Notes: generated by a model from the letters alone, not told the origin. 41,972 bases of DNA from Conidiobolus incongruus B7586 (GCA_000697335.1 JNEM01013962.1:1-41972), one strand, 5' to 3'; positions 14,190 to 26,464 are shown, numbered from the stretch's first letter. Numbers and translations: made by a program.

Positions 14190-17100
14190 ATAAGTTTCTT
14201 AAAGGAAATACACTCTTTAGATTTTTCTAAATAGGTATAATAAACTAAGGTATTTTTGATATCTGTTAAAGGTTCTTATGTAACCTTTTTAATAAGATAA
14301 CTTATCTTTTTTATATAAAAATAAAGCTTATTCCTAATTGATTCAGATCTAACTATATAATTAATATAATATTCTTTTTCTTTATTTTAATTAATAATTA
14401 AATCTAGTTTCAAAATTATTAATCAATTAAGAAGAATATTAAATTCTTTAAAATAAGGTTTGATTTTAGATATATAAAAGAAAAAGTTGATTATTAAAGT
14501 TAAAGGTAATTCTAAGGTAATATGTTTAAAATTTAAATTAATAGATTAAATTTTATAGGGATTATAATAAAATAGCAAGTATTTTAGATTTAAGCTAGAT
14601 TTAAGTAAGGTAGATTTAAGGGTAAATTATTCTAAGTATATATACATACTATTTAATATTTAAAAGGATTCTTAAATAACTTTAAATATTGTTATTCTAT
14701 AATCTTTTAATTCTCTTCTAAGTTAAATAATTAAGGGAATTAATATATTTGATATTAAATTAAAATTCAATAACATTTAAAGATAAGCTGATTTAAAGCT
14801 TTAAAGTAAATATTAAGTTAAGATATTTGTTATAATTAATGAAATAAAAGCTAAAACTTATTAATTTATTAATAAAAATGTTCAATGAATATTAAAATTA
14901 ATAGATATAAATATTTTAATTTAATTAATGTTAATATAAGTTTTAATCATTTATTTTAAGATTTTAATAATTCTTTTAATAAGTTTATTATTTTAGTAAT
15001 AATTAGTAGTAGATATAACTAGATTAATCTTGAAGAAAAAAGATAATAACTTATAAAATCAAGAGTTAAATTATATATCTTTAATAAATACAATAGTTTG
15101 TAGAATTTTATAATAGATAAAGGTATTAGAGAATAATAATTATATAATATTTTTAATTATAGAAGTTTTAAAATAGATAATAAAATAAATATATTTAGAG
15201 AATAAATCGATTATAATTAGTAAATTATTATAACTAATTGTTAATTTAAGAATTTCCATAAAATTAATTTGGATTTATTATTAAGTTTCATTAAAAACTT
15301 ATAAAGGAATAAGTTTACTATATTTTAATTGGGTATTATAGTTAATTCTTTAGTATATATCACAGGTATTAATGTATTTCTAAATTAATTTAATTAAAAA
15401 AAGTTAGCAATATTTTATTTTAATTCTCTTAGTAATCTTTAACTAGTTTTGATATCCTCCAATAAGTAAGTTATAATATTTATTAAATATTGCTTATTAG
15501 ATTTTAAAAATATTATAGATATATAAATAATTATTTTAATATAATAATTTATCAATGATTTTAAATCCTTTAATATATTTTAGTTAATTTATTAATAATT
15601 TTAAGAGTTCTTCTTTAATTAAAATACAGAAATTATTATTTGGTAGTGTTTTTTAAAATAATTTAATAAATTCTTTATTTCCTTTATTAATAATCATTAA
15701 GTTAATATTTGCTGGATTTTTATAATTAGAATAAAAGGGTAAGTAGGTAAGATTTTTTAATAAAGTATCTATAATATAATTTTATTAACCCAAGAGATAT
15801 TAAATAAAAAAGATAAGCTTAGATAATTTTAATCTATTTGACTTATTTTCTTAATAGATACTTTTAAGTATTTAAGTAGATAAGTAATTTATATTCTATA
15901 AATATTAGAAAAAGGTTGTAAAACAAGTAATGTAAATGATTTTTGATTATTTTTACTAAAGCAAAAAGTTCTTGTTTATAAATTAGGTATTTTAATTCAG
16001 CTAGCTTTATTTTTATTAATTAAAATATTATAAGCTTTAAGGTAATATTTATAAAGTTAAACTTAACTTATTCTCCTTTATTTATTATTTTATCTTATAC
16101 TTAAAAGGTAAAATATAAATTAAATTTAAACTAAATTAACTATCTATTATTTGTAAAAGAACTAAAGTTAAAAAAAAATAATGATAGGTAGTTTAAGATT
16201 AAAAATAAATTAAATAGGAGTATTAGTAATATAGAAAATTAAAATATTTATTCAAAAAATATATAACAGGGTTTATTCAAAAAAAGAGTTTTTTCTCAAG
16301 AGATTAGTTAGAGAAGTTATAAGTTCAATAAAAGAATCAATGAAATCTTTAAAATAATTTAATAATTTAAGTATATATATAAGATAATCTTTGTTTATAA
16401 ATATAATAAAAGTTTTTACACCATTAAGTTTAGTTAAATCAATACTAATTCCTTAAGAAGAAAGAATATAACTATAGAAAAATATATAACTATTGAAAAT
16501 ATATTTTGATAATTTTAAAAGTAATTTATATTTTTAAATAATTTGTAAAATTTAATTAACATGTTAAATATATTTTTTTAGTTTTAAATAGATTAAAATA
16601 TTATTAAGGTAAGTAATAATAAAATAATTAAATATAAAATTAAAAAGGGAATTAATAAATTAAGTGAAAGTTATAAGGGTATTATATAATTTAAAGTTTA
16701 TAATAGTGAATTTATAATAGCTTAATAAAGTGTTAAAAATATTTAAAAAAAATAGAATTTTCTTCAACTTTAATATTATAATAGCTATTTAAACATTTAA
16801 TTTAGTGAATATAATAGATTTTAGTATATCTTTAATATCATATAATTTTAATAATAAGGTTTTATCCTTAATATTTTTAGAGTTTAAAACATAGTTATTA
16901 ATATATAGTCTTTAACCATCATTAGTTTTTATATAAAGAAAATAAGAAATTTTTATGACAAGTAAGAAAGTTTAATATACCTATTTTTAAATAGTTTTTG
17001 GATTCCTTATTTTAAAATTTAATATTATTCAAGAAATAAATGATAAGTAAGCTTTAAATATAGTTGTAATTTTAAAAGAAGTTTAATTTTATATTTAATA

Positions 17101-19060
17101 TTATATTTAAAGGGTAATTTACTTACAAGTTCAAAAATATTAACAAATTAACTTAATATAATATATAAGAAGTGATTATTAGTTATAACTTTATTGATAT
17201 TAACAAAAAAAGTAATAATACATAAATAATAAACAAATTAATATCTTTATAAATTATTAAGGTTTTTAATTAAGTTTTTATATTAGTTTTTACTTATAAT
17301 AATAAAATTATTTAATATAATTATAGGGTTAATATTAATTAAAGTATTTAATAATTTTATAATAAGATAATTTAAATTTTTTAAGATTAATTTTATTAAT
17401 TTTTTTAGAATATATAAGAAATAGATTTGTAACCTTTTAGAGTAATATTTATAGATAAAAGACTATAATATTCAAATTAATTTTTACCTAATATAATATT
17501 ATAATTAATGTTACCAACTAAGAATTTAATATATTAGGGGTAGTTAAAAAGTAATAATAGGTATTTAAATACAGTATTTGATGTTTGTTCCATTAAATTA
17601 TTAGTATTTTTAATTATTAAGTTATTTTTTTCATTTGGTAAAGATAGTTTTATAACAATAAAAGAAAAAATAATATAACTAGAACAACTAAAGTTAATTA
17701 AAATATTAACAGGTATATCTATAAAATATCTAGTTAAAATAAATAATAAAGTAATAATTAAATGTAAAAAATCATAAGATAAATTAGTTATCAGAATATT
17801 TTTAGTTTCTAGTAATTTAATTAGTTAAATCTCTTTAGTATATATAATTTAATTTGTAAAATCATTAGTTTATTAAAACTTTTGTGTATTAAATAAGAAT
17901 TTATTAATTAAATATAAAAGAGGTGATTTTAAAATAATATTAATATTATTCAAGTTTAGTTTATTGTTGGTAGATTAAAATTATTAAGAATTAAATAAAT
18001 GTTGCTTTTTGAGAAAGCACTTATTAACTCTATAATTAAATTATATCTTTTAACAATAATAATAACTTTTATCTGTTTTTAAATAAGCTTTAGCTTTTTT
18101 ATTAAAGGTTTTCTTATAAAGTTTGAAAGCAGAAATATTTATTATTTAAGATTTAAATAAGTTAAAATAAGCTCTAAGAGATTAATTCTTAAGATAAAAA
18201 GATTTAATTATAAAATTAAAGATATTATCAATCACAATTATTATATCACAAATTTTAGAATAAACATATTATTAAAATATTCCCTGTTAACTAATTAGAG
18301 TTTTATTTAAAGGTTAAGATATTGTAATAGCTTGTAGATTTATTTTTCTTCAATAATATTTAATATGTTTAAATATATCTTATTAAATTTCTTAATTAAT
18401 TACCTTATAAAAGTTTTTTATTTAAGTTAAAAAAACTTTTCTTTTGTTAATTAGATTTAATTTTTTAGGTAATACCTTTTTTTAAAATTTTTTCTAATTA
18501 TTCAAAGGTTTGTATTCTTATAGTAAGTTATCCCCTTAAAAACTTTTTAAGATTAAGTTTATAATGAGTTAACTGCCAAATATAAATTAATTTTTTCAAA
18601 ACAAAATAGCTAATTTAAAGATATTTTTTAAATCTTTATTATGAATTAAATTAAAATAGTTTTTTATATTCTTAAAATAGTTTTCAAGCTTATAGAGGTT
18701 TTTAAAACTATCATAAATAGTTAGTTTGTTTTTAAAGATATTAAAGAAGTAGTTTGATATATTAATTATAATAAAATAACTAATTAGATTTAAGCTTTTT
18801 GAGTTATATTTTGCATAATCAAAAGTTATCTAATATAAGTTTTTTAGAGGGTAACAAGCTCTTAAAAATTAAGGTTTTAAATTTACTTAGTAATTAAGCT
18901 ATTATCATTATTAAAATAATATAAAAGTATCTTTTTATTTAGTGGTATTATAGTGTATAATATTAAATTAAAGTAAAATAATATTAAATAGAATTTAAAA
19001 TAATAATAAATAGATTTGATGAAATTAATTATTAATTTCTAATAGGTTTTTAATTATTTT
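14190..19060 (-). pseudogene. Decayed gag-pol polyprotein region
   Basis: Minus-strand remnants: RT KTNDG*RLYINNYVLNSKNIKDKT (~16.9 kb) and YLNN for YLDD (16600-16611); RNase H AELKYLIYKQELFALV (~16.0 kb); integrase IQINFMEI (~15.26 kb); chromodomain NKLYFYIKKISY..KKVT*EPLTDIKN (~14250-14335). Gag and protease are inferred from position only. Confidence 0.8.
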
Positions 19061-19073
19061 CTTATTGCTACTA

Positions 19074-19473
19074 TATAATCATAGTGGTAAATATCAATAT
19101 AATATAGAGGAAAACTTAATATAAGGGTAATGTGATATAAAATATAATATTATAACATAGTTATAATATGCAAATATAAACAAAGTTTAATTAAGCTTCA
19201 AACTGGGATGAGTCACCAATATATATTAAGATTTATATTAGGTAGTATTAATATATTATAATATTAACAAGATATAATTTCAATCTTAGACATAATAAAA
19301 AAGATCAGAAATAGTAAGAATTGAGAGGAAAAAGAAAAACCTAGTTTATTATATAATTTAATAATATTTATATATTTAATTTAATTATAAAAATATAAAT
19401 TAATTATATAATTTATAATTAATTGAATTATATAAAAGTATATATAAGAATTTAAAAAACTAGTCTCTTAACA
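19074..19473 (-). repeat. 5' LTR of the Ty3/Gypsy element (LTR family 1)
   Basis: Direct repeat of 13782-14181; begins TGTTAAGAG on the minus strand and is followed by a PBS-like sequence. Confidence 0.9.
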
Positions 19474-19478
19474 AAAGT

Positions 19479-19860
19479 AATATAATAGTTTTATTATATA
19501 GGAAGATTTAATATAAAAATATTATAACTTATAACTTAGTATTAGTATAATATGATTATATAAATATAAACAAAGTTTATTTAAGAGTTATGAATAAATA
19601 AGTTAATATAAGTATATTAGAATTTATATTAAATAATATTAATAGTATATATTTATATATATAATTTAAGTTTTAAAAAAAATGGTAAAATATCAGAATA
19701 GTAAAAATTAAGAGAAAAAGTAAAAATAATATTTATTAGTTTAATTAATATTATTTATAAAATTAAATTAATTATAATAATATAAATTATTTAATTAATT
19801 TAGAATCAACCTAATAATATAGAATTATATATAATAATTTCAAGAACTATTTTCTTAATA
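19479..19860 (-). mobile_element. Older, more decayed family-1-related LTR; its first ~15 bp appear to lie at 13766-13781
   Basis: Colinear with the LTR consensus (ggaagatttaatataa, ataaatataaacaaagttt, aattaagagaaaa, ...ttttcttaata). The missing terminus tataattatagtaag sits just left of the full-length element. Confidence 0.7.
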
Positions 19861-20000
19861 ATTTAATCTGTGATAATAATTAAGTTTAGATATTATTGTT
19901 ATATTTTAATATCTTTACTTAATCTTTTTAAATATGATTTAATTTATAATATATAATAATCATTAGAAATTTATTACTAAAGTTTTTAATATATTATCTC

Positions 20001-21635
20001 TTAATATAGAAATTAAATAATAATTAAAATTTAAAATTAAATTATATAAAAATATTAATATATCATTTAAATTACTAATAAATAAAATAAAATTAATTTT
20101 TTTTATTATTAATAAATCTTTATTATATTTCCAGCAAGCTTTTAAGACCAAAAAATCTTTTTTTTATTAAGAATTGAAATTTAAATTTTAGGAATTAATT
20201 TAATTTATAATAAGAATTTTTTTTGAATATTTTTTAATTATATAAAATAACTATAATCATATAGGCTATAGTTTAATTAATATATTGTATATAATAACTC
20301 TTTTATATTTTTTTAAATAAATAATCTTTTATAATCTTAACTTTATATATTTTTATAATTATTATATAAAATAATAATCAAATATTATTTTATTGAAAAT
20401 TTCAATATAAAACTTGTTAAGAGATTAATTTTTTAAATTCTTATATATACTTTCATATAATTCAATTAACTATAAATTATATGATTAATTTATACTTTTA
20501 TAGTTAAATTAATTATATAAATAATATTGAATTATCTAATAAATTAGGTTCCTCTTTTTCCTCTCAATTCTTACTATTTCTTATCTTTTTCATTATTTCT
20601 AAGATTGAGACTACATCCTGTCAATATTACAGTATATTGGCGCTACCTAATATAAATCTTAATATATCAGTGACTCATCCCAGTTCGAAGCTTAATTAAA
20701 CTTTGTTTACATTTGCACGCTACAACCACGTTATAGTACCACGTTCTATGTCACGCTACTCTTATATTAAGTCTTCCTCTGCACTATATTGGTATTTACC
20801 ACCACACTTACAAAATTTATTTTTAATTAATATATGTTTACAAACTAAATAAAAAAACTATATATCATTATAATTTATTATAACAATTAATATTCATTTA
20901 TTAATATAGAATTTATTTATTGAAATTAATAAAAAGGATTGTTTTAGGTTAATATTTTGTTTTGTTGTAAATTAATATAATATATAAAAGTTTTTAAAAT
21001 TCATCAATTATAATGATTTATTATAAAAGCCTTTATCTATAGTCATATCTGAATAAGTTTTGTTTAATAATAACTACTTTAATTTTCTTTTAACCTTATA
21101 TTAAATTATAAGGTATTAATTTTATATTTTCATTGATTAATATTAGTTTAAATCCTAATATATAATTTACTTGTAAAAAAATATTAAACTTCTTAAATTA
21201 TTTTTAAATTAAAATATAAACGTGTTTTTCAATATTTTTTTATTAATTTGTAAAAAAATAAAAAAATAAATTTTTTAAATTTAAGTAAATTTTAAATAAT
21301 ATTTGTCTTAGCTTTACAGTGGCAAATCTAGCAATAAATGGTAGTTTTATATTCAATATTATTTTTATAAGCTATTTGTAAATCTTAAATAGTTTTAAAG
21401 GGTTTATGGTTGAGCTATAATAATACTAAAATAAACAACTTTTGATCATTATTATTTTAATCATGATAAAATTTAATTTTAAATTCTTATATAAAATTAT
21501 GAATAGTTATATATATATATATATTTTGAATATAAAAATTTTCTTATATAATTTATATATAAATTAATTTTTAAAATTAAAATAAGTTTAAAATATCAGG
21601 AATTAAAAATTTTGCCGTTTTTTTCAAATTTATAA
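20001..21635 (-). mobile_element. Mariner element (third, B-related subfamily), split by a solo LTR
   Basis: 20001-20414 and 20813-21635 are jointly colinear with 27640-28954. TIR-like ends and (TA)n leader at ~21507-21522. Confidence 0.75.
20415..20812 (+). mobile_element. Solo LTR, family 1, least mutated copy
   Basis: TG...CA termini, 5-bp TSD AAACT/AAATT, homologous to both LTRs of the 13782-19473 element; retains CpG sites. Confidence 0.9.
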
Positions 21636-21716
21636 TATCAATAATTCAAATATTAGAATTGATTAAATTTCGTATAATATTCTGAAATTTGGAAAAAAAA
21701 ATTTATTATCTATATA

Positions 21717-22160
21717 TGTTGACGACCGTAAACGTGGGAGGAGGTAGTCTTTTAGAGCTTAAACGGGGAATCGCCAGTGGTAAATGATAGATTACCACAA
21801 GGTTAAGGGAAATTAAGAGGGTTCACCAAATTGGGTGAAAATAGCTTACTGCAAATCAAGGTCTTCGAATAAAGTAAATATCTCACGCTCGTCACAACTC
21901 AATACGTTTTGTGAGTGTTACGAGAAAAACTTAGAGACTGGATACTTTTGAAAATGAAGATAGAAAGATTGGTTTATTGATTGGCTTGTGATGATCTTAT
22001 AATAGGTTCAATTGTTGAGTTTGGGTGGCTATGAATAACTTCAGATGGAAAGCACTAAGTTAGACTAGTTCATAAAATGAAGTACTTCCAATGTGACTTC
22101 TTGCATTAGTGCAATAGTCAGAGTTTCTTGAGTGATGGACAAGATTATTCTTCATCAATG
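21717..22160. mobile_element. Probable solo LTR, family 3
   Basis: GC-richer 444-bp island with imperfect terminal inverted repeat TGTTGACGA...TCATCAATG and TATA on both sides. No second copy in the window. Confidence 0.55.
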
Positions 22161-22662
22161 TATATTAATATATTTATGTCAAAGAAACAATCATAAAGTG
22201 ACTACATATTATAAACAAACAATTTATTTATAAACATTTGTTAATTCATTATTGCAACTGAGAATAATTCTATTCCTATGAAGATGTGGAGGAGAATACA
22301 AGCATAGAGAAACGAATCAGGTGAAAAAGAATAAAATACGATTCAAATACATAAAAAGGTAAGTAAAATATAAAATAAACTTAAGAGAATAGAGGAGAGC
22401 GTTTAGTTGAGTTGATTGAATGGTTCAAGTATTTCAAACTGAAACACTGGCTCAAAAAGTTGAATTTTTAGAATATCATCAGTCTTAGGGACAAGGAGTT
22501 AAAATATCCTCTTCAAAAATAATGATAGTTATAAAATCTGTGATGAATAGTCAATTTTTTCACAAATTTCACAATTTCCAAATAAAATATATTTACCAAT
22601 AAGAGATATTTTATTGTATCAGATATATGGATATAAACTAACTTCCTTAGATCATCTTGTAT

Positions 22663-24555
22663 TTAGAATCTTGCTTTGAGATGAATTTTCAATTTATCAG
22701 GTTTCATAATGCCATAAGGAGCGAGCCTGATTTTGTGATAATGAGGATTATCATTAGTAATGATCAACTCGAACTTTTGTAAAATCATAGCAATAGTAAC
22801 GCGTTGTTCCATTAATGAAAAGGTTGAACCGAGACCTAGATGAAATATATTAATAATAATATATCTGTAAAATAATTAAAGTAATTACAAGTTCTAGCTC
22901 CCAAGATAAAGGGATGCCAGTTACGACTTTGGTCATTGGACAAATCAGAAAATCTTTCAGGGTCAAATTTATCTGGGTCAGGGAATACAGATGGATTATG
23001 ATGAGCTGCCCACAAATGTAAAAATACATTTGAACCTTTTGGTACAACGATACCGTTACTGAGTGTGTATCTTTCAGTTGTTACTCGCTGCACTGCGAAA
23101 GCGGTTGTCATAATTCTCATTGACTCCTTATTGACCATATCCATATAAGGAATCTGCTTTAATTGTTCAGTAGTTGGAATGGTGAGTTCTTTGGGATTTC
23201 CTAAGGCTTCTAATACTTCTTCCCTAAGTTTTTGTTGAATTTCCTAATATTAAATTATATAAGAAATATTAAAAAATTGTGATTCGGTTAATATTACAGG
23301 ATAACGGGCCAAATAGTACAGCGTTGCGGTTAGAGTGTTAGAAGTAGTATCATGACCAGCTATAATGAATCCTTTGATATTATCCTAAAATCGAATATAT
23401 GAGTATTATCATATTAATTTAATATTTGTGTATTACTCTGATTTCTTCGTAAGTCAATTTTTCACCCTCTTCCTTATTATTGGATTCAATCATAGCACTA
23501 ATCAAGTTATCCTTACGTTGGTATTTAGGATCTTGGATTTCTTTTTTCCTAACTTCAATTATACTTTCGATAAACTGATTATATTCATCTATTTTTCTGG
23601 ATAATGATGTTCTTCTCAGAAACGGAATATACTCTAAAAATGGGAAGAGTAGATAAATAGCTTCATTAAAAACCTTACGGCTGAGATTAATATAAAGACT
23701 GAAAATTTCAGAATTAGGATTTTTAATTGCCTAATATGTATATTAAACAAAATTGAAATCAATTTTTAACATAATTTACTTGGAAATCAATATCAAAAAT
23801 AGCTCGACCCAGTACATCCAAAGTCATTCTATGGATTATTACTATTAGTATCGTAAACAGACACAAATTAATATGTTTCATTTACTTCTGAATAAATTCA
23901 TCAACTTGAACATTTTTATCTTCCTGCTTTTCCCAAGCTTCAATTAATTCTTTAGCACAATTTCCAAATAGTTCAGTTGACCAAGTTTTATTGAAAATCG
24001 GGTTGATAATTTTACGATGTTTCTTCCATTCCTAAAGTATATTGTTAAAATGACACATTATAAAGTATATTTGACATTACCTCTCCGTTACTACTTCCCA
24101 CAGTTTTTATTCCAAAAAATTTGCCCAAGTTAATATTTACCGATTTGTCTGCACGACTTATTTTGATGAATACATCTAAATTACAGTAAATATTCGAATT
24201 ATATATTAGATTGCTAGATTAGATATACTTGGTTTCGCAAACACCTCTTTATTCAGCGCTGGATCAGAAATGACTAATGTCCACCCTTGAAAGTTGAATA
24301 CCTATAGAATTCTAATTTAACCTTGAATAAATAAAATTTTAGAAACATAAATACTCTGATAACACCGTGTTTGTTCAAGGCAGGCTGTAAATATTTCTCC
24401 ATTTTATCATTGAAGGGTTCTTTTGATATATTAAAGATGAAATTTGTTATAATAGGGATAGATGGCACATTTTTCCATTCTTTGGGACATTTAAAATAAT
24501 TGTATAGTTTATAAACAAAGAATAAAGATATTGAAAATAAAATATATGAAATCAT
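22663..24555 (-). CDS. Cytochrome P450 (paralog 3), intact, 490 aa, 9 exons: 24555-24355, 24301-24229, 24175-24081, 24031-23886, 23828-23780, 23730-23437, 23384-23298, 23243-22889, 22835-22663
   Basis: Exons 2-9 have the same lengths as in paralog 1. Motifs EWKKHRKIINP, AGHDTTS, KESMR, PERF and PFILGARTCLG; GT-AG introns; open frame. Confidence 0.95.
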
Positions 24556-24928
24556 TTTAATTCACTAGCTCTTAAATTTTATTATGAGATTGAATACCTA
24601 TTTATATGTAATATTCAAGAACCATTTTAGTTTTACTTTGAATCATACCAGAATTTGGCCAACCTAGAGAATGAAATTGACTATCAAATCATATCTTCTT
24701 GATTAAAAGACCAAACTAAAATTTAAATTCTCATTTGATCAATTTAAAACCAATAATGATCAGAATTTATAAGTTGAATAAAAACTGGAAATATTAAACT
24801 ATGATATAATATATATTACTTATACTTGATGTTTACTACCAAGCGACACTGCAATTTTTCACAACAATATCTAAACTTAGGGAGAAGCTATTCAAATTTG
24901 TTATCTACATTAACATAATTGATTACAT

Positions 24929-25284
24929 TGTTGTATTTCAAAAATACCCTGTGTCTTGATTTGATGGTTATATCCACATTACCTTCCATTTATAGTGGAT
25001 TCATTCATCCATAATCAAACGATGCTCTTTAGCTCCTTTTATTAGAATTTATCCAAAACTTACGTCACTCACTGAATGATCTATTTAAACCCAGAAGTGG
25101 TAGAATATAAGGTGATTCTAATTGCTCTGGATATTCTGCTACAACATCTCAACAGTAAGTAAACTTTATGACATTCAGTCCCAATATGTTAAAGAACAGG
25201 TTTAATTAATAATTTACTAAATTGTATTACAAGTACTTCTCTAACAATGATTTTTATTTACAAAGCTTATTATAAAACACAACA
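24929..25284. mobile_element. Solo LTR, family 2, ~370 bp upstream of P450 paralog 3
   Basis: TGTTG...CAACA termini, 4-bp TSD ACAT/ATAT, homologous to 9785-10148. Confidence 0.8.
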
Positions 25285-26464
25285 ATATACTAATTTATAT
25301 CTTCAATCATTGTAGTTAAGCTATTGGTATTTGCCTTCAACAAATATGAATAAATTTGTCTTAGTAAAATGTTCATTTTTTTATTTTTGCTAGAGACTAT
25401 ATTGAGAAATATATTAAAAATATTTAATTTAATAATTATTGAGTATTATTAAAAATTTGAACTAAATCAAATAATCTATAAAATCAATGTTAATTTTGAT
25501 ATCATTTCAAAATATAGTGTAATTAGTAAGTGGAAAATAACAATATATAGTCACAAATCATCTGCTCAATTTATCATAATAAATTACACAATTCCTCATC
25601 TATTGGAAAATTAAAAGACTATAGTATTTACCTTTTGAAAAAAATGAATTCTCCATTATATGAACTTTTTAATATTCTCTGTGTTGATAAATTGAGTATA
25701 TATCGACGTAATATTTCATGCACTTAAAAGCTGTAGAGACTAAATTAGTTTATTCCCAAACATTGTCAAAATTCAAGTATTGACAAAGCCAAATTTTAAA
25801 ACAATCATATGACATCGAAACATTATAAACGGAGCAAATACAATCCTAAAGGTGAGAGACTTTTAGTATATATAGTAAGAATCTTAAGTCAATTGAAGGA
25901 ACCATCAAGTTGATACGATGATTAATAGTTGGACGAAATTGCTATCACCATATATTCGCGATTTATAAGAAAAGTAATTGATTCTCATTTTTAATTTTAA
26001 AATTCATGCAATTAATGAATCAAATTATTATTCACATGAATTTTCAAACATTATTACAATTTTAAAACTAAAATAAAAAGTTTTAGGTTAGAAATGCATT
26101 ATTTGGTCGTCATCAATCATACTATATACTTTCAATAATATATATTATATAAACACCTTATTTATCACAACTATCTGGATAGTATTTAATTTTAAGTCAT
26201 TTCAAATTATCCTAAATTCTCGTTGAAACTATCATCAATTTTAAAATAAATTTTATTATATAATATAAAAATTAAAATATATTTAATTTCGGTATCAATA
26301 ATTTTTCATAATATATTTATATCATAATATGTTTTAAAAATTAGTATTCAAGTTAAACAATATAAAATTCCATGATTTTGATCAAAGTCTATTTAAAATG
26401 ATTTTTTTAGCATTTGAGTGATTAGCAGTTTGGTTTTTTATAAAATTTCATTTTATTTCAAATT

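Larger units (their letters stand above)
13782..19473 (-). mobile_element. Full-length Ty3/Gypsy chromovirus-like LTR retrotransposon, hypermutated
   Basis: Two ~400-bp direct LTRs, near-perfect 5-bp TSD (TAAGT/AAAGT), PPT AAGGGAG at 14182-14188 (minus) and PBS-like TAGTAGCA (decayed TGGTAGCG) at 19066-19073. Internal order is RT - RNase H - integrase - chromodomain. Confidence 0.9.

Noticed and set aside
19963..20151. 62-aa ORF
   Set aside because: It is the decayed C-terminal region of the mariner transposase read through into AT-rich flank, not a gene.
22239..22564. Purine-rich TG...CA bounded segment as a solo LTR
   Set aside because: Termini and TSD (CATT/AATT) are too weak and there is no second copy.
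25682..26115. Possible solo LTR (TGTTGATAA...TCGTCATCA)
   Set aside because: No TSD and no internal similarity to the 21717-22160 element that I could align.
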